The notes beneath the pieces were generated by a model. The model was not told the origin of the DNA and did no database searches. It was given only the letters and a program-made list of their open reading frames with translations. Both the position numbers and the translations under genes were made by a program. From positions 103,459-167,458 of the forward strand of contig VRVR01000061.1 in NCBI GenBank assembly GCA_009859145.1: a stretch of 64,000 bases of DNA, given 5' to 3'. The DNA comes from Andalucia godoyi And28. Lineage: Eukaryota; Protista; Jakobida. Positions 54,001 to 64,000 of this stretch are shown here, piece after piece (position 1 is the first letter of the stretch; each line of letters opens with the position of its first letter).

Positions 54001-56593
54001 GGCGAGTCCAGTAGGAGTCCAGAGACACCAGATGTTCCTCCACAAGAACAATCTTGACATTGAATCGGTAGCTTGCCAAGATGCTGGGAAATATGATTCG
54101 GTAGAAGTCAAGTTCAGAAGACGACAGAAAGAATGGAAGGGTAAGCGTGCGGTAAACAAGCGCAAGACTGCCGATGGGTCTACGCATCCTCGCAATGGAT
54201 TCCAACGGAAGAGAGATTGCCTCTGTCCCAGCAGATCGTTCCTCGCTATTCGCAGATTCTCCTTCGACGAATCTCTTGGTCACGGGGGAGCGAATGACCG
54301 TTCGAGAAACCACAAACAAGGCAATAATCAGTATGGCAGACACGAGTAATGTACCAATTAGCGCAAGCTGCATTCTCCATATTGTGGAAGATTTGCGTTG
54401 CATCACGGAAACACGCAAATCCTTTAGTCGCCGGGCGCGCGAAGATGCGTCGGACTGGATAACTGTGGAATTGTCGGAAATCGTAGAGGACGCATCGGCA
54501 GCCTCCGAAGGAACATTCGCAGACGACGGCACAGTTGGCACGGATTCGACTTGAAGCATGGTGGGATTGGAAGAGGCGAGCTGGCCGGCGGATTCTTCAG
54601 CGGCAGGGATAAAGAGCCCATGGGTAGCAAGTTCCTCTGGAGCACTGGAGCTCCGAGGCGGAACAGGACGGGGCGGCAGCGAGGATTCTGCGGAAAAGGG
54701 CTCAGCTTTCAAATTATCCACCGACACACCAACGGTGCGTCTCTGTGTACCACAGTTGCCCGTTGCTTTCCGCGGACCATGTGGGCTTCGCGTGAACCTC
54801 GTCATGTGGTCCTCCAACGTGTCTGCTTGCGCCAGTAACTTCGAAGACAAGTCACTGTTGTGTTCCACGTCACTAAACCATCTCGCTCGACAGCGGAGCA
54901 TCTCTGGAGTGATCATAGGCATACTTTCCATTCTTCGAATGATCATCGAGCCACGGTACTCGCGATCCTCCGCGTACGAGAGGATGGACCACAGGTGCGA
55001 AAGATCGAGCGTGGAGCACCGTTGCTTTCGTTTCCACCGTCCAAACAGTCTCCACTTCGTGAGCAAGCCTGGGTGTTGCTGCTGTTGCTGTTGCTGTCCA
55101 CGGGATTGCGAACTTACAACAAGGACTTCTTTCCAGAAAATCGCCGTCAAGACTATAATTTCCTTTCGAATGCGATCCAGAGCACCCATTTCAGCTCTGA
55201 TTTGACGCAGGCCAAGATTTCCATCAAGTCCAATGGTTTCTGTCGAAGAACGCAATGAGATCAGACCATGGTAGAACTCGAAGATTGTTGAGGCGCTCCA
55301 CAGAGATCGCACCTTTTGCATCAGAGCAAGGCGAATGATGGTTGCAGACTGTGACCAAACGTACGCCCTGCCTGCAACCAGATTTAGATGGCACCCCAAG
55401 ACACAAAACTGGCCTGCAAGAAACGAAGACAAGGGAAACACGTCCAGCGCCGTTGAATACAGCTGAAGAATTTCCTGGCCATCGTCCACGGAGACTTGGA
55501 CCTTGCGAAAACCAAAACAGAACGGAAAAGAGTGAAGAGTGGACACGCCCAATCTGTTGCGAAGCATCGTTCTAAGGGCGATTTCGCAGTCGAAGGGATT
55601 TGCTGTTTGAGAAAGCAAATAAAGGTCCCGGTCGAAGACATCGGAGGCGGAAATCTCTGGATTAGGCTCCTGTATTCGCAGTCCTTTCCCAACGTGACGT
55701 CTGAAAGACAAGATACAAGATGCCCACAGTAGCAAAAACGAGCCAATGGACACAGGTAGAATAATACTTGAAGATGTTGTGCGGGAAGCCTCGAATGCGG
55801 CATTGAAAATGACCGCAAGGAATGGATACAGTGTCAGCGCATTCCCCTCTGGGGTTTTCCAGGGCAGCACGTACAGGAAGCCTACAAGAATTGCTAGAGA
55901 CAGCGCAATTGAAAATACGGTGTAAAGCGCTCGGATGCCGGCAGCGATCGATATGAAGTCCACAAACATGATGAAAATTTGAAATCCGTACGTGACCAAA
56001 AGGAAAAACCCGACGGAAACGGACTGCACAGAGAAATCAAAGGGAGACGTATCGGCACAGAGAAATGTCAAAAAGGGTGCCAGAATGAACATTGACCAAG
56101 AGAAGTGAATGAAGAGCAGCACGCTCTCCGCATCGTCCACCCGCGACTCTCGGATCGAATCCTCTTCAAGAGCATACGCTCGAAGAAACATGTACTGGAC
56201 AGGAATTGTAGCGACGATGAACCAGCTTGTCCATCGAACCGTGTTCGACAATGACGTCTGGCCAGGATCGCCGTAGTGAAATCGAGACAGTAACTTCAAA
56301 AAGCATGCAAAATTCAGGAATGATATCCCAAAGAATGCCCAAACCACCACGTCTGCGGCAAGCGAGTCTCGGACAGAAGATCGAATGTCATTAACGAACA
56401 GTTGAGAGAACGCAAAGAGAACGAAACTTGCAATCCACAACAAATGCAGCGGTCCCGGCTGGCATAAGCGTCTTTTCATCCGGGATCCTGCGATGAAGCA
56501 CTGCGAAAAGAATGGGCTCAGAAGAGCAAACGTCGATTCTGTGGACGTGACATCTTGCCCGTCACTTTCCTCGCCGCTCGCCGAGGAGGACAT
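51086..56593 (-). CDS. Multi-pass membrane class III adenylate cyclase with PAS-like domain
   Basis: FVDLVGFST, KIKIIGDCW, RCGVHTGPVVSGVI, YDIYGHSVNYAARLE (Lys/Asp pair indicates ATP specificity); several TM clusters; PAS-like VVREANGSCLRMFGH; start MSSSAS at 56593. Confidence 0.9.
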   Translation of the reverse strand: MSSSASGEESDGQDVTSTESTFALLSPFFSQCFIAGSRMKRRLCQPGPLHLLWIASFVLFAFSQLFVNDIRSSVRDSLAADVVVWAFFGISFLNFACFLKLLSRFHYGDPGQTSLSNTVRWTSWFIVATIPVQYMFLRAYALEEDSIRESRVDDAESVLLFIHFSWSMFILAPFLTFLCADTSPFDFSVQSVSVGFFLLVTYGFQIFIMFVDFISIAAGIRALYTVFSIALSLAILVGFLYVLPWKTPEGNALTLYPFLAVIFNAAFEASRTTSSSIILPVSIGSFLLLWASCILSFRRHVGKGLRIQEPNPEISASDVFDRDLYLLSQTANPFDCEIALRTMLRNRLGVSTLHSFPFCFGFRKVQVSVDDGQEILQLYSTALDVFPLSSFLAGQFCVLGCHLNLVAGRAYVWSQSATIIRLALMQKVRSLWSASTIFEFYHGLISLRSSTETIGLDGNLGLRQIRAEMGALDRIRKEIIVLTAIFWKEVLVVSSQSRGQQQQQQQHPGLLTKWRLFGRWKRKQRCSTLDLSHLWSILSYAEDREYRGSMIIRRMESMPMITPEMLRCRARWFSDVEHNSDLSSKLLAQADTLEDHMTRFTRSPHGPRKATGNCGTQRRTVGVSVDNLKAEPFSAESSLPPRPVPPRSSSAPEELATHGLFIPAAEESAGQLASSNPTMLQVESVPTVPSSANVPSEAADASSTISDNSTVIQSDASSRARRLKDLRVSVMQRKSSTIWRMQLALIGTLLVSAILIIALFVVSRTVIRSPVTKRFVEGESANSEERSAGTEAISLPLESIARMRRPIGSLALVYRTLTLPFFLSSSELDFYRIIFPSILASYRFNVKIVLVEEHLVSLDSYWTRQTSSFNVFSPIPVFQNSSTNRSISDNFIRSSSTVQQSNVIRNFDPILQGTTTCSQSLTAMNISYYVNTSFVFMNLQSRCVELTLEGWFNSLLSVWNVVDAAVPLYQQEILDYVDNLFLIVLICALSTFFVTLLFLVCVIVPSLIKTYDDQKRVMLLNLEFDKSSLKGEYLAMCEGIAKLDVMGSRRPSIPADRPPADVQHGGSNARNSHFREKRKHETLRATQSYLSSFSGTIVNQELSGRRYLFVSFLIVIAVIFIILYCQIFTILLSLFVRYLRSASFEVQYMSSVNGILSRATASAFETFPISYPSIGKLSNPSTNESALYPLYVRSSQNYASLALTEWTRFIDGDGSNTTGVKYYSENIKNALFSQRSATLYPSFFPDTTARSLAADISTAYDDIISLTAKGTDSTVLWTIYKARLQGLLFSVIPKKFDDVYTLIVEYYDDRTDTLLVVANICFGLSFIFLPLLYYFCFHKALNQLKQRERQMRKMLCTLSLETLLTNPQVVTFMATGSIRADLPRNRTKNLDNAQDSLSVVASDKSSVKGDFSATRGDLSSNQQFGFTGPQWCVRTMPVALFQVVGSSQLAKHVQDPRFVVREANGSCLRMFGHSEFEVLGSALESFFLVDDDFMDFQRYLSTAEIADMISGVREFRLRAVRRNASSRGNDGTHNLDSLSSPPVTARSGKEQSKRGTFHCVVVAIPDAIESESAGRRVFAVYVRDVTEEIRQRSLLELEKQKSTDLLLNMMPAPIVDRLKRNERPIAFSHKSVSCIFVDLVGFSTMCQDRIAEGPGAIVSVLDDLYTRFDLAADTYQVFKIKIIGDCWFGATGLHFDKMYGTEQQHDLDVQNEALCAVRFCLDVIKIANEFGMHVRCGVHTGPVVSGVISKNRYLYDIYGHSVNYAARLEQTCPKIDGVHMSRETYELLYPWFECAEVESVLKGLGRATTYLLVSIRRDPDNHSEQEDLERSFFLH

Positions 56594-56954
56594 TTCTGTA
56601 CGGGGGAGGAAAAAAAAGAAAAAGCAAAAAATAAATCGTACAACCCTTGGAGATTGCAGATTCACTAAACAAACAAACAAAAATTAACTTAAAAACGATG
56701 AATAAATTACGATTCACGTTTGGCGGGTGCTGCTTCGCAAAATGCAGCAGTCAGCCCCTTCGGGGTTGTGGACAATTCCCAAACAACGAAAAAAAAGACG
56801 TGACTGGTGAAGGCAAAGCGCTCCGGGAAATTTCACGTTGTCAACTCGAAAGTTTCTGCTTCGACATCATCCGCAGATTGATTGATATGGTCAAGTTTGT
56901 GAGGAATGTGCCGAAGCACACACTCTGGGTGCTCCTTTCTGCGGATCATCTTCG

Positions 56955-58933
56955 CTATTTTTGAGTGCTGGTGACAACCCGCCTGCAAAAACAAAAGTCG
57001 CATTACCAAAACGTACGGAATTTGGTCGCAGGTCCGCAGATCACAGGGGAGTTTCTCTCCCCCTTTTCGAGCTGTGTGACGTATGGAAAACAAAAATTAT
57101 AATCATTCTCGGGAAGAAAAAAAACGGGCTGTGACGTCAGCGCAATCAAAGCAACGCCACGGAAGCATTGCTTTGGGGGGTGCACCATGTGGGCCCGCCA
57201 TTTGAGCGACATTTCAAACTCGTACTTCAGTGTTTGCTAAAGACAGCCGCCTTTTTTTTTAATTTAGCGCACAACACAGTCAGCGAACTTACCCTAGGAA
57301 AAAAAATTGCTCGGGTTAACGGCAAGTCTGCAGCAAGAGCTGTCAAGGATTCCCAAAAGACATTTGTGATAGCTCCACTGTCACTCACTTTCTTCTCGAC
57401 GCGGAGCACTATGAAGGCGGAAACACTGCGTCGAATCTGTTTCAAGAAGGCCTCCATTTGTTAAAATTTCCAGAAAGGCAGGTGCTTCTCGATGTATCCT
57501 TTTCAACCAAGCCAGGCACCCAGACGCTGTCTGACTCCGTTTAGAAACCTGCAAAATCATTGTGTTCTCTGAACTCTCCAATGCCACGTCTTCACAATCG
57601 ACCTACCACGATCCCCTTGTTGGTGTCCTTTCGCTGACGTCCGCGTACTTCCCCACTGGATTCAGAAAATGCATCGAGGAAACTCTCATTGAAAAAAGCT
57701 TGTTGCGCCTGCGATTCACTGCATGAATCCCAAATTGGTACTGTTACAGTGTTGTCTGACAATCGATCCTACGAATCAGTATCAGTTGTCTAAGAGGCTT
57801 CGAGAGAGACCGACTCGCAGCAAATCCGGACAAGTAAAAACGCGAATGGTGGAAGAGAAGATTGATTTCATTTTTATCCGACATAGCCGAAGGGAGGAAA
57901 AATCCTATGTCAGCATTTCACGCATTCTGTGCAAACCGATGATAAAATCACGAAGATGTGATCGATTGCGTTCGGAATGTGCTTTCAAGTCAGAGAACAA
58001 GAAGGAGCAATGGCAAAAGCGACGTTCGCCGACTACATTCTGTTTCCTTCAACGTACATTTTTGAATGTTGAATCGATTGGGGAATATGTTGGGTGCAGG
58101 GACCCTTTGATGCAGAGCAATCTGCATTAAAAAGTTGGTGCTCCCCTCAATTAATAAAATCATGTGGCTTGGATTTGTCTTCGGTGACAGCTTAGACGAT
58201 GATGAATAAATAATGGTTCATGGTTTGGCGAGCGGTTGCTCCCGGTCCTGACTCAGGATGCTTGCATTACGTGTTGCCTAACACTGCTCTGTTGATCACC
58301 ATGGTTCTCGCTGGTGTGGTTTGGGAATCTGGGGCTGCGAAAGCACGTCCCCCTCATACGGGGAAGACAATGTCTGACCTTACTGCATGTTGTGTAGCAA
58401 AATGGACTTCTGGTCGAAGCGCACAAACTGAGAGTTGTCGAACAAACGACAACGACTTTCCAACCAATAACTGTCTTCTCGCAGCCCCGTCAGCTCAGTT
58501 ACTGTGAATCTGAAGTTTGAATTGAAAGTTGAAAAAAAAAAACCAACAACAAAAAACCAAAACAAAAAACAAAAACGCGTGTTACCTGAGAGCAGTTCCG
58601 TGCGAGCAGCAACAGCACCCGGGAAAGGGTTGTTGACCTGTTCGAGGAATCCTTTCTGCCATAGCAGCGCACACCGTCGAGCACAATAGTTCAACCGCAC
58701 GACGTCCTGGCGAAAAAGGAAATTACTTCTGCCTTACTTGTAACACATTGGAGCGGTTCAACTCGATTACGGCTTCTTCATCGGGCGACCCACGACAAAA
58801 ACTCGAACGTGGGCTACGAGAAGGCGGGTTGTCGTCTGCTCTCACACGGTTCGGAAAACGATGCAATGGCTTGAAGCGAACCCGGCCGGATTGGCTGTTT
58901 TTTCCGAAGGCGCACCCACCCGGAAACAAAATA
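56955..58933 (-). CDS. Intron-rich orphan gene (11 short GT-AG introns, ~480 aa traced; 5' end not found)
   Basis: Introns 58707-58737, 58502-58585, 58335-58383, 58191-58270, 57982-58057, 57905-57936, 57719-57747, 57549-57606, 57340-57388, 57237-57292, 56983-57006 give one continuous frame ending TAG at 56955-56957. Confidence 0.7.
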
Positions 58934-59148
58934 CTGCAGCTTTTCCAGGTCAGGCAAAAAGGATGGACTCCGCCACGGATGATTTCCGCGGTTCAAGAAC
59001 GGGGACTTGTATGACCGGCCACAGAAGCTTTCATGATCTATCTGCTTCTTTTTTCCCGCGAAATTCTTCAAAAAGTAAAAATAATATAAAAAATGCGTTG
59101 AAATCAGACAGGAGTTGCTCTCTCTCTCATGCGCACAGTTCACGATCT

Positions 59149-62100
59149 ATGAAGCTGCTTGTTTCGCGGTTGCCTGTCGCATCTCTTTTTTGTAAATGGC
59201 CGTCACTGGAGTGCATTTCTGTTTCGGATGCTTTTTGTGCGGAATCGCACCTGTCCAAGCACGGTCTGAAACAAAGGAAGTGGTTGCAGCTGTTGGAAGC
59301 TCCTTCATCCCCAGATACGAGTCAGGATGTTGCTGAACTCATAATGGAACGTATAGAGGAGCACAAATCAGCCTCCACAGTTGTATTTGTGGACACTTCC
59401 GTTTCTGTATCGCCGTTGTTCCCCGTTTCTCATCGTTCGGCACCGGTGATAAGAATATCTGCTTTCGTTGATTTTTCCAGCTCGTCCGTCATTTTCTTCT
59501 TTTTTCGAGACTTGCTCGTGTGGAATCTCTACAGAACGCTACTTTCAGTTGTGTACGAGTCAGTGTTCTGGCTCAATCTCTCGCAACGGTTTGAAGATCT
59601 CCTTATGTTTCACCCTTCTGCGAATTCCAGAACCTCAGTCATTTTCGACGAGTCGGATATTGTGTGTTTTGATGAACTTTGCAATACACTCCTCGAAATT
59701 TATTTCGCGGACTCGGGAGTCACTGGCGTGTCAGTGTCTTTCAAGCCCTTTGAATCCTTCCGTAGGTTCAAGCATGACCTTTCGAACGAGTTTTTGTCCT
59801 CAAGTACAGAACTGAACGGTATGAACTGTGTGCTACATCACTGTTTGTCCAACGAGGCGGTTTTCGAGAACCACGCATGCGGATCAGACACGGTGCTCTG
59901 CGGGTACCCATGCTTTGAGGATGCGGCTGGCGACGTAATCGCCGTCGTGTTGTTTGCATTTTCTCGGTCTTTGGCGTCAAAATCGGAAGAAATCAGAACC
60001 TTTGTGACTTTCTTGCTGCGACCGTTGATTGAAGAATGGTACGACGTGTGTGGAAATTTACTGTTGCAGGCAGCACGCCTGTCGAGTGATCGACTACTCT
60101 ACAAGGATCGCAAGGAGCTTCGTGCGCGATATAGCCAGTTTGAAACACTGGCACTATTAGGAAACATCGCCATTGTGGAGACCGACAAGCCGAGTTTGAT
60201 GAAGAAGGCGCTTCATCTCACTGGCACCTCCCTGTTTTCCGAGGATCCTCGAAAGTGCACAATCCCGAGCCGAAATCCGTCTGTTGAGCATTTGAATCCA
60301 GTTGGCAGTGTTTTTCTGATCGCCGGATTTGATGTTTGCGTCGGAAGCTATCCCATTGCGGCGACACAATGTTCGTCGCCGGCGATGTCTGCAAGCAGCA
60401 GCTGCCTCCGTCTATCCCAAGAAGAAATCGGATTTCTCACGGAATTTTCGAGAAAGAATCTGCCAGACACTGATGTTGTTTACGGAATTCGCCAAGCTGA
60501 AATTCGGCATTTCATTCAAAACATAGAACTCGGGTTCGCAAACGAAGGAACAGACACAAACTCTGAGCTCAGAATGGTCCGGCTGGCAAAGAAGAGCGGT
60601 CGACAACTGGTCTTGGGAGTGTTTTTCCACTCCCGTCACTGTCCATCGGGAGATTTCTCAACGTTTATGATCTCCGTTGCGGAGATCATGGTGAATGCGC
60701 TGGATCGAATGTTCATTGAAAGGCAGTTGTTCCAATCCGAACAACAACTTCGGTACATCTGGAGGTCCGTGAAGGAAGCAGTGGTTGCGTTCCGAGAAAG
60801 GACCGGCGTCATTGTGGAAACGAACTCGGTGGCAGAGCAGGTGTTCGGTATTTCTGCGCAGCATCCGATCGCCGAGTACGGCGATGTGGCGGATCCAGGG
60901 GAATGGGTCCAGAACACCAGGAAGATTGCTCACGTATTTCGAAAGTTCGACCAGTTTTATCATTTGCCGGACTCGGCTGACGGTATTCGAACGTTTGTGG
61001 AAGTCGTGGCACAGATCGAAGAAGAAGACAGTGTTGTCACTCTTCAAGAACATCCAGGCATTCGGTTCTCCATGAGCGTGTCAAAAACGTTTGATCCCAT
61101 CACAGAATCACCGCTGTGCGTTGTGGTATTCCGAGATGTCTCCGAAGCGAATCGCCGACAGGCTGCGGAAATACAAGCGGTTAAATCCGAAGTTGCCAAC
61201 AAGATGAAAACGATGGTTATGAATACTCTGTCGCACGAGCTGCGGAACCCAATCCAAGGAATCTTGTCCATGTCCCAAATTTTACAAGAGGAAAAGTCGC
61301 TCTCTCGCTACCAGCGAGATTGCGTCGGGTACATTACATCTGCCACAGACTTCCTGCTCTTGCTCATTGCCGATGTGCTTGACTCGAGTAGAATTGAAAC
61401 GGGGAAGTTCGTTCTAGAGCAGCGTCCATTTGACATGTTACTGACCGCAGAAGAATGTGTAGATTTGATGACATTGCAAGTTAATTCCAAAAAGATTGAG
61501 TTAGTTGTTGTGTGCGATCCGAAGCTGCAGTTCCTGGTTATTGGCGACTCGAGAAGGACCAAGCAAATCATTCTGAACCTGTTGTCGAATGCAGTGAAAT
61601 TCACTCCTGTTTCTGGATCAATTCAACTCAAAATTGGTGTCCGACAACGAGATGATGTGAATGTCTTCCCGGTGAAAAAAGCCGTGGAATCCCATCCTTT
61701 CTACGAGAATACGTCCATTATCGACGTTTCCTCTCGTGAAATGGTCATTCTAGAGCTGCAGGTGGTTGACAATGGAATTGGGTTTGATGATAATGAAGCG
61801 CATTTGTTGTGGAGTCCGTTTTCGCAACTCGGTGTTTCCTCGACTGGGCTCTCTCAGCAGTATCTGGGTACGGGTCTTGGATTGTCCATTACTGCAACGC
61901 TGGTGCAGCGCATGAACGGCGATTATGATATGTTTTCTCGCGGCCGTGGAGCCGGCTCAACATTTTCTGTTCGCATTCCGTTCCACATTCCGCCGGACTC
62001 CGAAAACGTGCTTGCTGCAAGGCTGCACCAAATTCGCTCGCATCTGTCAATACACCATGAACTCGCGAGTTTGCATGTCCTTGCGCTGGGTCGCTCGAAT

Positions 62101-63144
62101 GAGCTTATTCCTGGGATTCAGCAGTTGGTTGAGATGATGAGCAACGAAATATCCACGGCGCTGGTCCATCCATGGGAACACGGCGTTTGGCCATGCGGTT
62201 CTCTTCAGGAGATGCTATCAATTGTTAGAAATGTCCATGGAAACGAAACCGAGAATTCCAAGAATTCAAAGATTTTTGTGCTCATTGACATGGATGACGA
62301 AGAAGGATTAGTATCTCTTTGTGAAGGACCGCAGGAACAACACCGACCTGCATCCCTGTCTACAGACTCGTGCAATCCGGTCATTTTCCCCATTCTGGTC
62401 TCCAGCACGCACGAAGACGATATTCTTTGCGACTCGCGGGCACAGAACATTTTGAAAACACTGTCTTCAAGATGTGATGTTAAATACGCGCTTCCAAATA
62501 TCCTGCGCAAGCCATCGAGACTGGAACTTATTTTTGATGTCCTTTGGAAAAGCACGACTGCATCCGACATCGTACTCTGGTCGTTTCAGAAATTCGGCAT
62601 GTTGGACGCTGAATCGTCGAGTCCTTCGAGCATCGCAAGTGGCGATCTCTCAACGAGCACAGAGACCGGAGAGGAGAGCCGTGAGATTCTCATTGTCGAC
62701 GATGACGTCGTCGTTCGAAAGGTAATGAGCCTCCTCTTGAAAAAGGCAGGCTTCAAGGTGCACACTGCAGTTGATGGAAAGCAGGGAATTGACACCGTCC
62801 TGCAGAGAGCTGCGCAAGTCTGTCCAGCAAGCACGGAGACGGATTCCTGCAGAATTCGAATGTTCGATGTTGTGCTGATGGATGTCATTATGCCGGTCAT
62901 GGACGGTGTCGAAGCCTGCAAGGAGTTGCGAAGAAATGGGTTTGTAAATCTTCCTATTGTGGGTTGTACTGCAAACTGCGTTCCCGATGCAGCCCCGGAG
63001 GATTCCAGTTCAACCTCTGAGAATGGATGGAGATCGTTTTTGAACAAGACAATGTTTTCCGACTGCTTGCTGAAGCCTGTCCGGAAAGCAGACCTTATTG
63101 CAATGATCGACAAATGGGCTCCTCAGCAGTCCTCGCACCCGTAG
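59149..63144 (+). CDS. Hybrid sensor histidine kinase (GAF/PAS-like input, HisKA, HATPase, receiver)
   Basis: H-box TLSHELRNP, N-box QIILNLLSNAVKFT, G1 VVDNGIG, G2 GTGLGLSI, receiver ILIVDDD..VLMDVIMPVMDG..GCTAN..LLKP; start uncertain (59149 preferred). Confidence 0.93.
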   Translation: MKLLVSRLPVASLFCKWPSLECISVSDAFCAESHLSKHGLKQRKWLQLLEAPSSPDTSQDVAELIMERIEEHKSASTVVFVDTSVSVSPLFPVSHRSAPVIRISAFVDFSSSSVIFFFFRDLLVWNLYRTLLSVVYESVFWLNLSQRFEDLLMFHPSANSRTSVIFDESDIVCFDELCNTLLEIYFADSGVTGVSVSFKPFESFRRFKHDLSNEFLSSSTELNGMNCVLHHCLSNEAVFENHACGSDTVLCGYPCFEDAAGDVIAVVLFAFSRSLASKSEEIRTFVTFLLRPLIEEWYDVCGNLLLQAARLSSDRLLYKDRKELRARYSQFETLALLGNIAIVETDKPSLMKKALHLTGTSLFSEDPRKCTIPSRNPSVEHLNPVGSVFLIAGFDVCVGSYPIAATQCSSPAMSASSSCLRLSQEEIGFLTEFSRKNLPDTDVVYGIRQAEIRHFIQNIELGFANEGTDTNSELRMVRLAKKSGRQLVLGVFFHSRHCPSGDFSTFMISVAEIMVNALDRMFIERQLFQSEQQLRYIWRSVKEAVVAFRERTGVIVETNSVAEQVFGISAQHPIAEYGDVADPGEWVQNTRKIAHVFRKFDQFYHLPDSADGIRTFVEVVAQIEEEDSVVTLQEHPGIRFSMSVSKTFDPITESPLCVVVFRDVSEANRRQAAEIQAVKSEVANKMKTMVMNTLSHELRNPIQGILSMSQILQEEKSLSRYQRDCVGYITSATDFLLLLIADVLDSSRIETGKFVLEQRPFDMLLTAEECVDLMTLQVNSKKIELVVVCDPKLQFLVIGDSRRTKQIILNLLSNAVKFTPVSGSIQLKIGVRQRDDVNVFPVKKAVESHPFYENTSIIDVSSREMVILELQVVDNGIGFDDNEAHLLWSPFSQLGVSSTGLSQQYLGTGLGLSITATLVQRMNGDYDMFSRGRGAGSTFSVRIPFHIPPDSENVLAARLHQIRSHLSIHHELASLHVLALGRSNELIPGIQQLVEMMSNEISTALVHPWEHGVWPCGSLQEMLSIVRNVHGNETENSKNSKIFVLIDMDDEEGLVSLCEGPQEQHRPASLSTDSCNPVIFPILVSSTHEDDILCDSRAQNILKTLSSRCDVKYALPNILRKPSRLELIFDVLWKSTTASDIVLWSFQKFGMLDAESSSPSSIASGDLSTSTETGEESREILIVDDDVVVRKVMSLLLKKAGFKVHTAVDGKQGIDTVLQRAAQVCPASTETDSCRIRMFDVVLMDVIMPVMDGVEACKELRRNGFVNLPIVGCTANCVPDAAPEDSSSTSENGWRSFLNKTMFSDCLLKPVRKADLIAMIDKWAPQQSSHP

Positions 63145-64000
63145 AAGAGAGCAGATTCATACACAGTCAGATGTCGATAAACTAACGTATAAGGGTTAAA
63201 TTGTCCGACTCCATTTGCCCATTTATGTCGCGCTTCAGAAAGGTGTTCGCAGTGCAGTAGGACATGGCTAACCGACTCCAAACACGGGAAATGAAATACA
63301 CAGTGTCTCTCGAGGCAGCCGGATGGCGACTGTGATGCCGGGTTTTATTTAGCGGTAGTCGCGATAGTGTTTTGCACATGAAAGCAGCGGGATGCTTCCT
63401 CATAGTTCCGTGCAGATCAGCTTTCAGAGTGCTTTTCTACATCCTCGACAGCCGACTGGATCGACAGCGACTGACCGTGCCCACTGAGCCCAACCGAACA
63501 GGATGCAGGGAGTGGTGGCAGGAGGGGTTTCTTTTGTCGCTGCGGGCAGCTCCTTTGACCGTCCGCTCCCCCACCAACGCGTGGCGATGTCTCTGGCGAC
63601 AGACATGGCGGTGATGGCACGCAGTGTCGCAGATACCGTGCTTGTCTCTGGTAAGAAGAGCGTGTCCTGCCTTCAGTTCTCGATGCTCGTGCAGTGTCAG
63701 CGGAAAAAATGATGTTTTACGTGTTCTTCATGATCCATCGGCGACTGCGACGAACCCCTTCAGTGGCACTTCCCGGACACGGAGCAGCGACACTTGCCAT
63801 CGCATTCCGTGCAGCAGTACTCCAGTCCGTGGCAGCAGTCTCCGTCAAGACAGCAGTCCGGATCAGTATAAGGGAAGGCGGCTGAACGGCAGAAGGCGTC
63901 TGCTGCATCCAGGTCCTCTTTCGCAAAAGAAACGTCCCATGAAGAAAAGTCCTTTCCACGGGAAATGCGAACGGCCGCTCGGGCCGCACATTCGAGGTCG

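Noticed and set aside
63180-64000. 3' end of a minus-strand gene entering from beyond the window
   Set aside because: Two open frames (one Cys-rich) and possible splice sites, but no consistent model or recognisable motif without upstream sequence.

Overview
Gene-dense eukaryotic nuclear DNA, most consistent with a free-living flagellated protist (centriolar/ciliary-type genes CEP120, EFCAB10-like and EFCAB11-like; standard genetic code; short AT-rich intergenic spacers; mostly intronless genes). The species cannot be identified from the sequence alone. About 30 protein genes are supported, including syntaxin, VPS52, METAP2, MRE11, SRP54, DUS2, a calpain, a formin, ZIP/SLC26/SLC12/SLC35 transporters, an adenylate cyclase and a hybrid histidine kinase, plus one tRNA-His(GUG). 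The most notable non-housekeeping signal is three dispersed, internally deleted Fanzor/TnpB-like elements (~1.1-1.55 kb, 16.53-17.07 kb, 47.19-47.55 kb). They have lost the nuclease core but keep fragments of the protein and a covarying, tetraloop-capped 3' hairpin that looks like an omegaRNA scaffold; two share one deletion junction, so the deleted form appears to have been mobilised. Other highlights: a hidden 11-intron orphan gene (57.0-58.9 kb, minus strand) that the ORF track misses, a formin combining signal peptide/TM with PTEN-C2, a bacterial-type AmpH penicillin-binding protein, a ResIII-type helicase with an inserted UBA domain next to a decayed NYN-C2H2 gene, and a Zn2Cys6-PAS transcription factor followed by a 14-bp tandem array. 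All family assignments come from motif recognition by eye; no searches were run.
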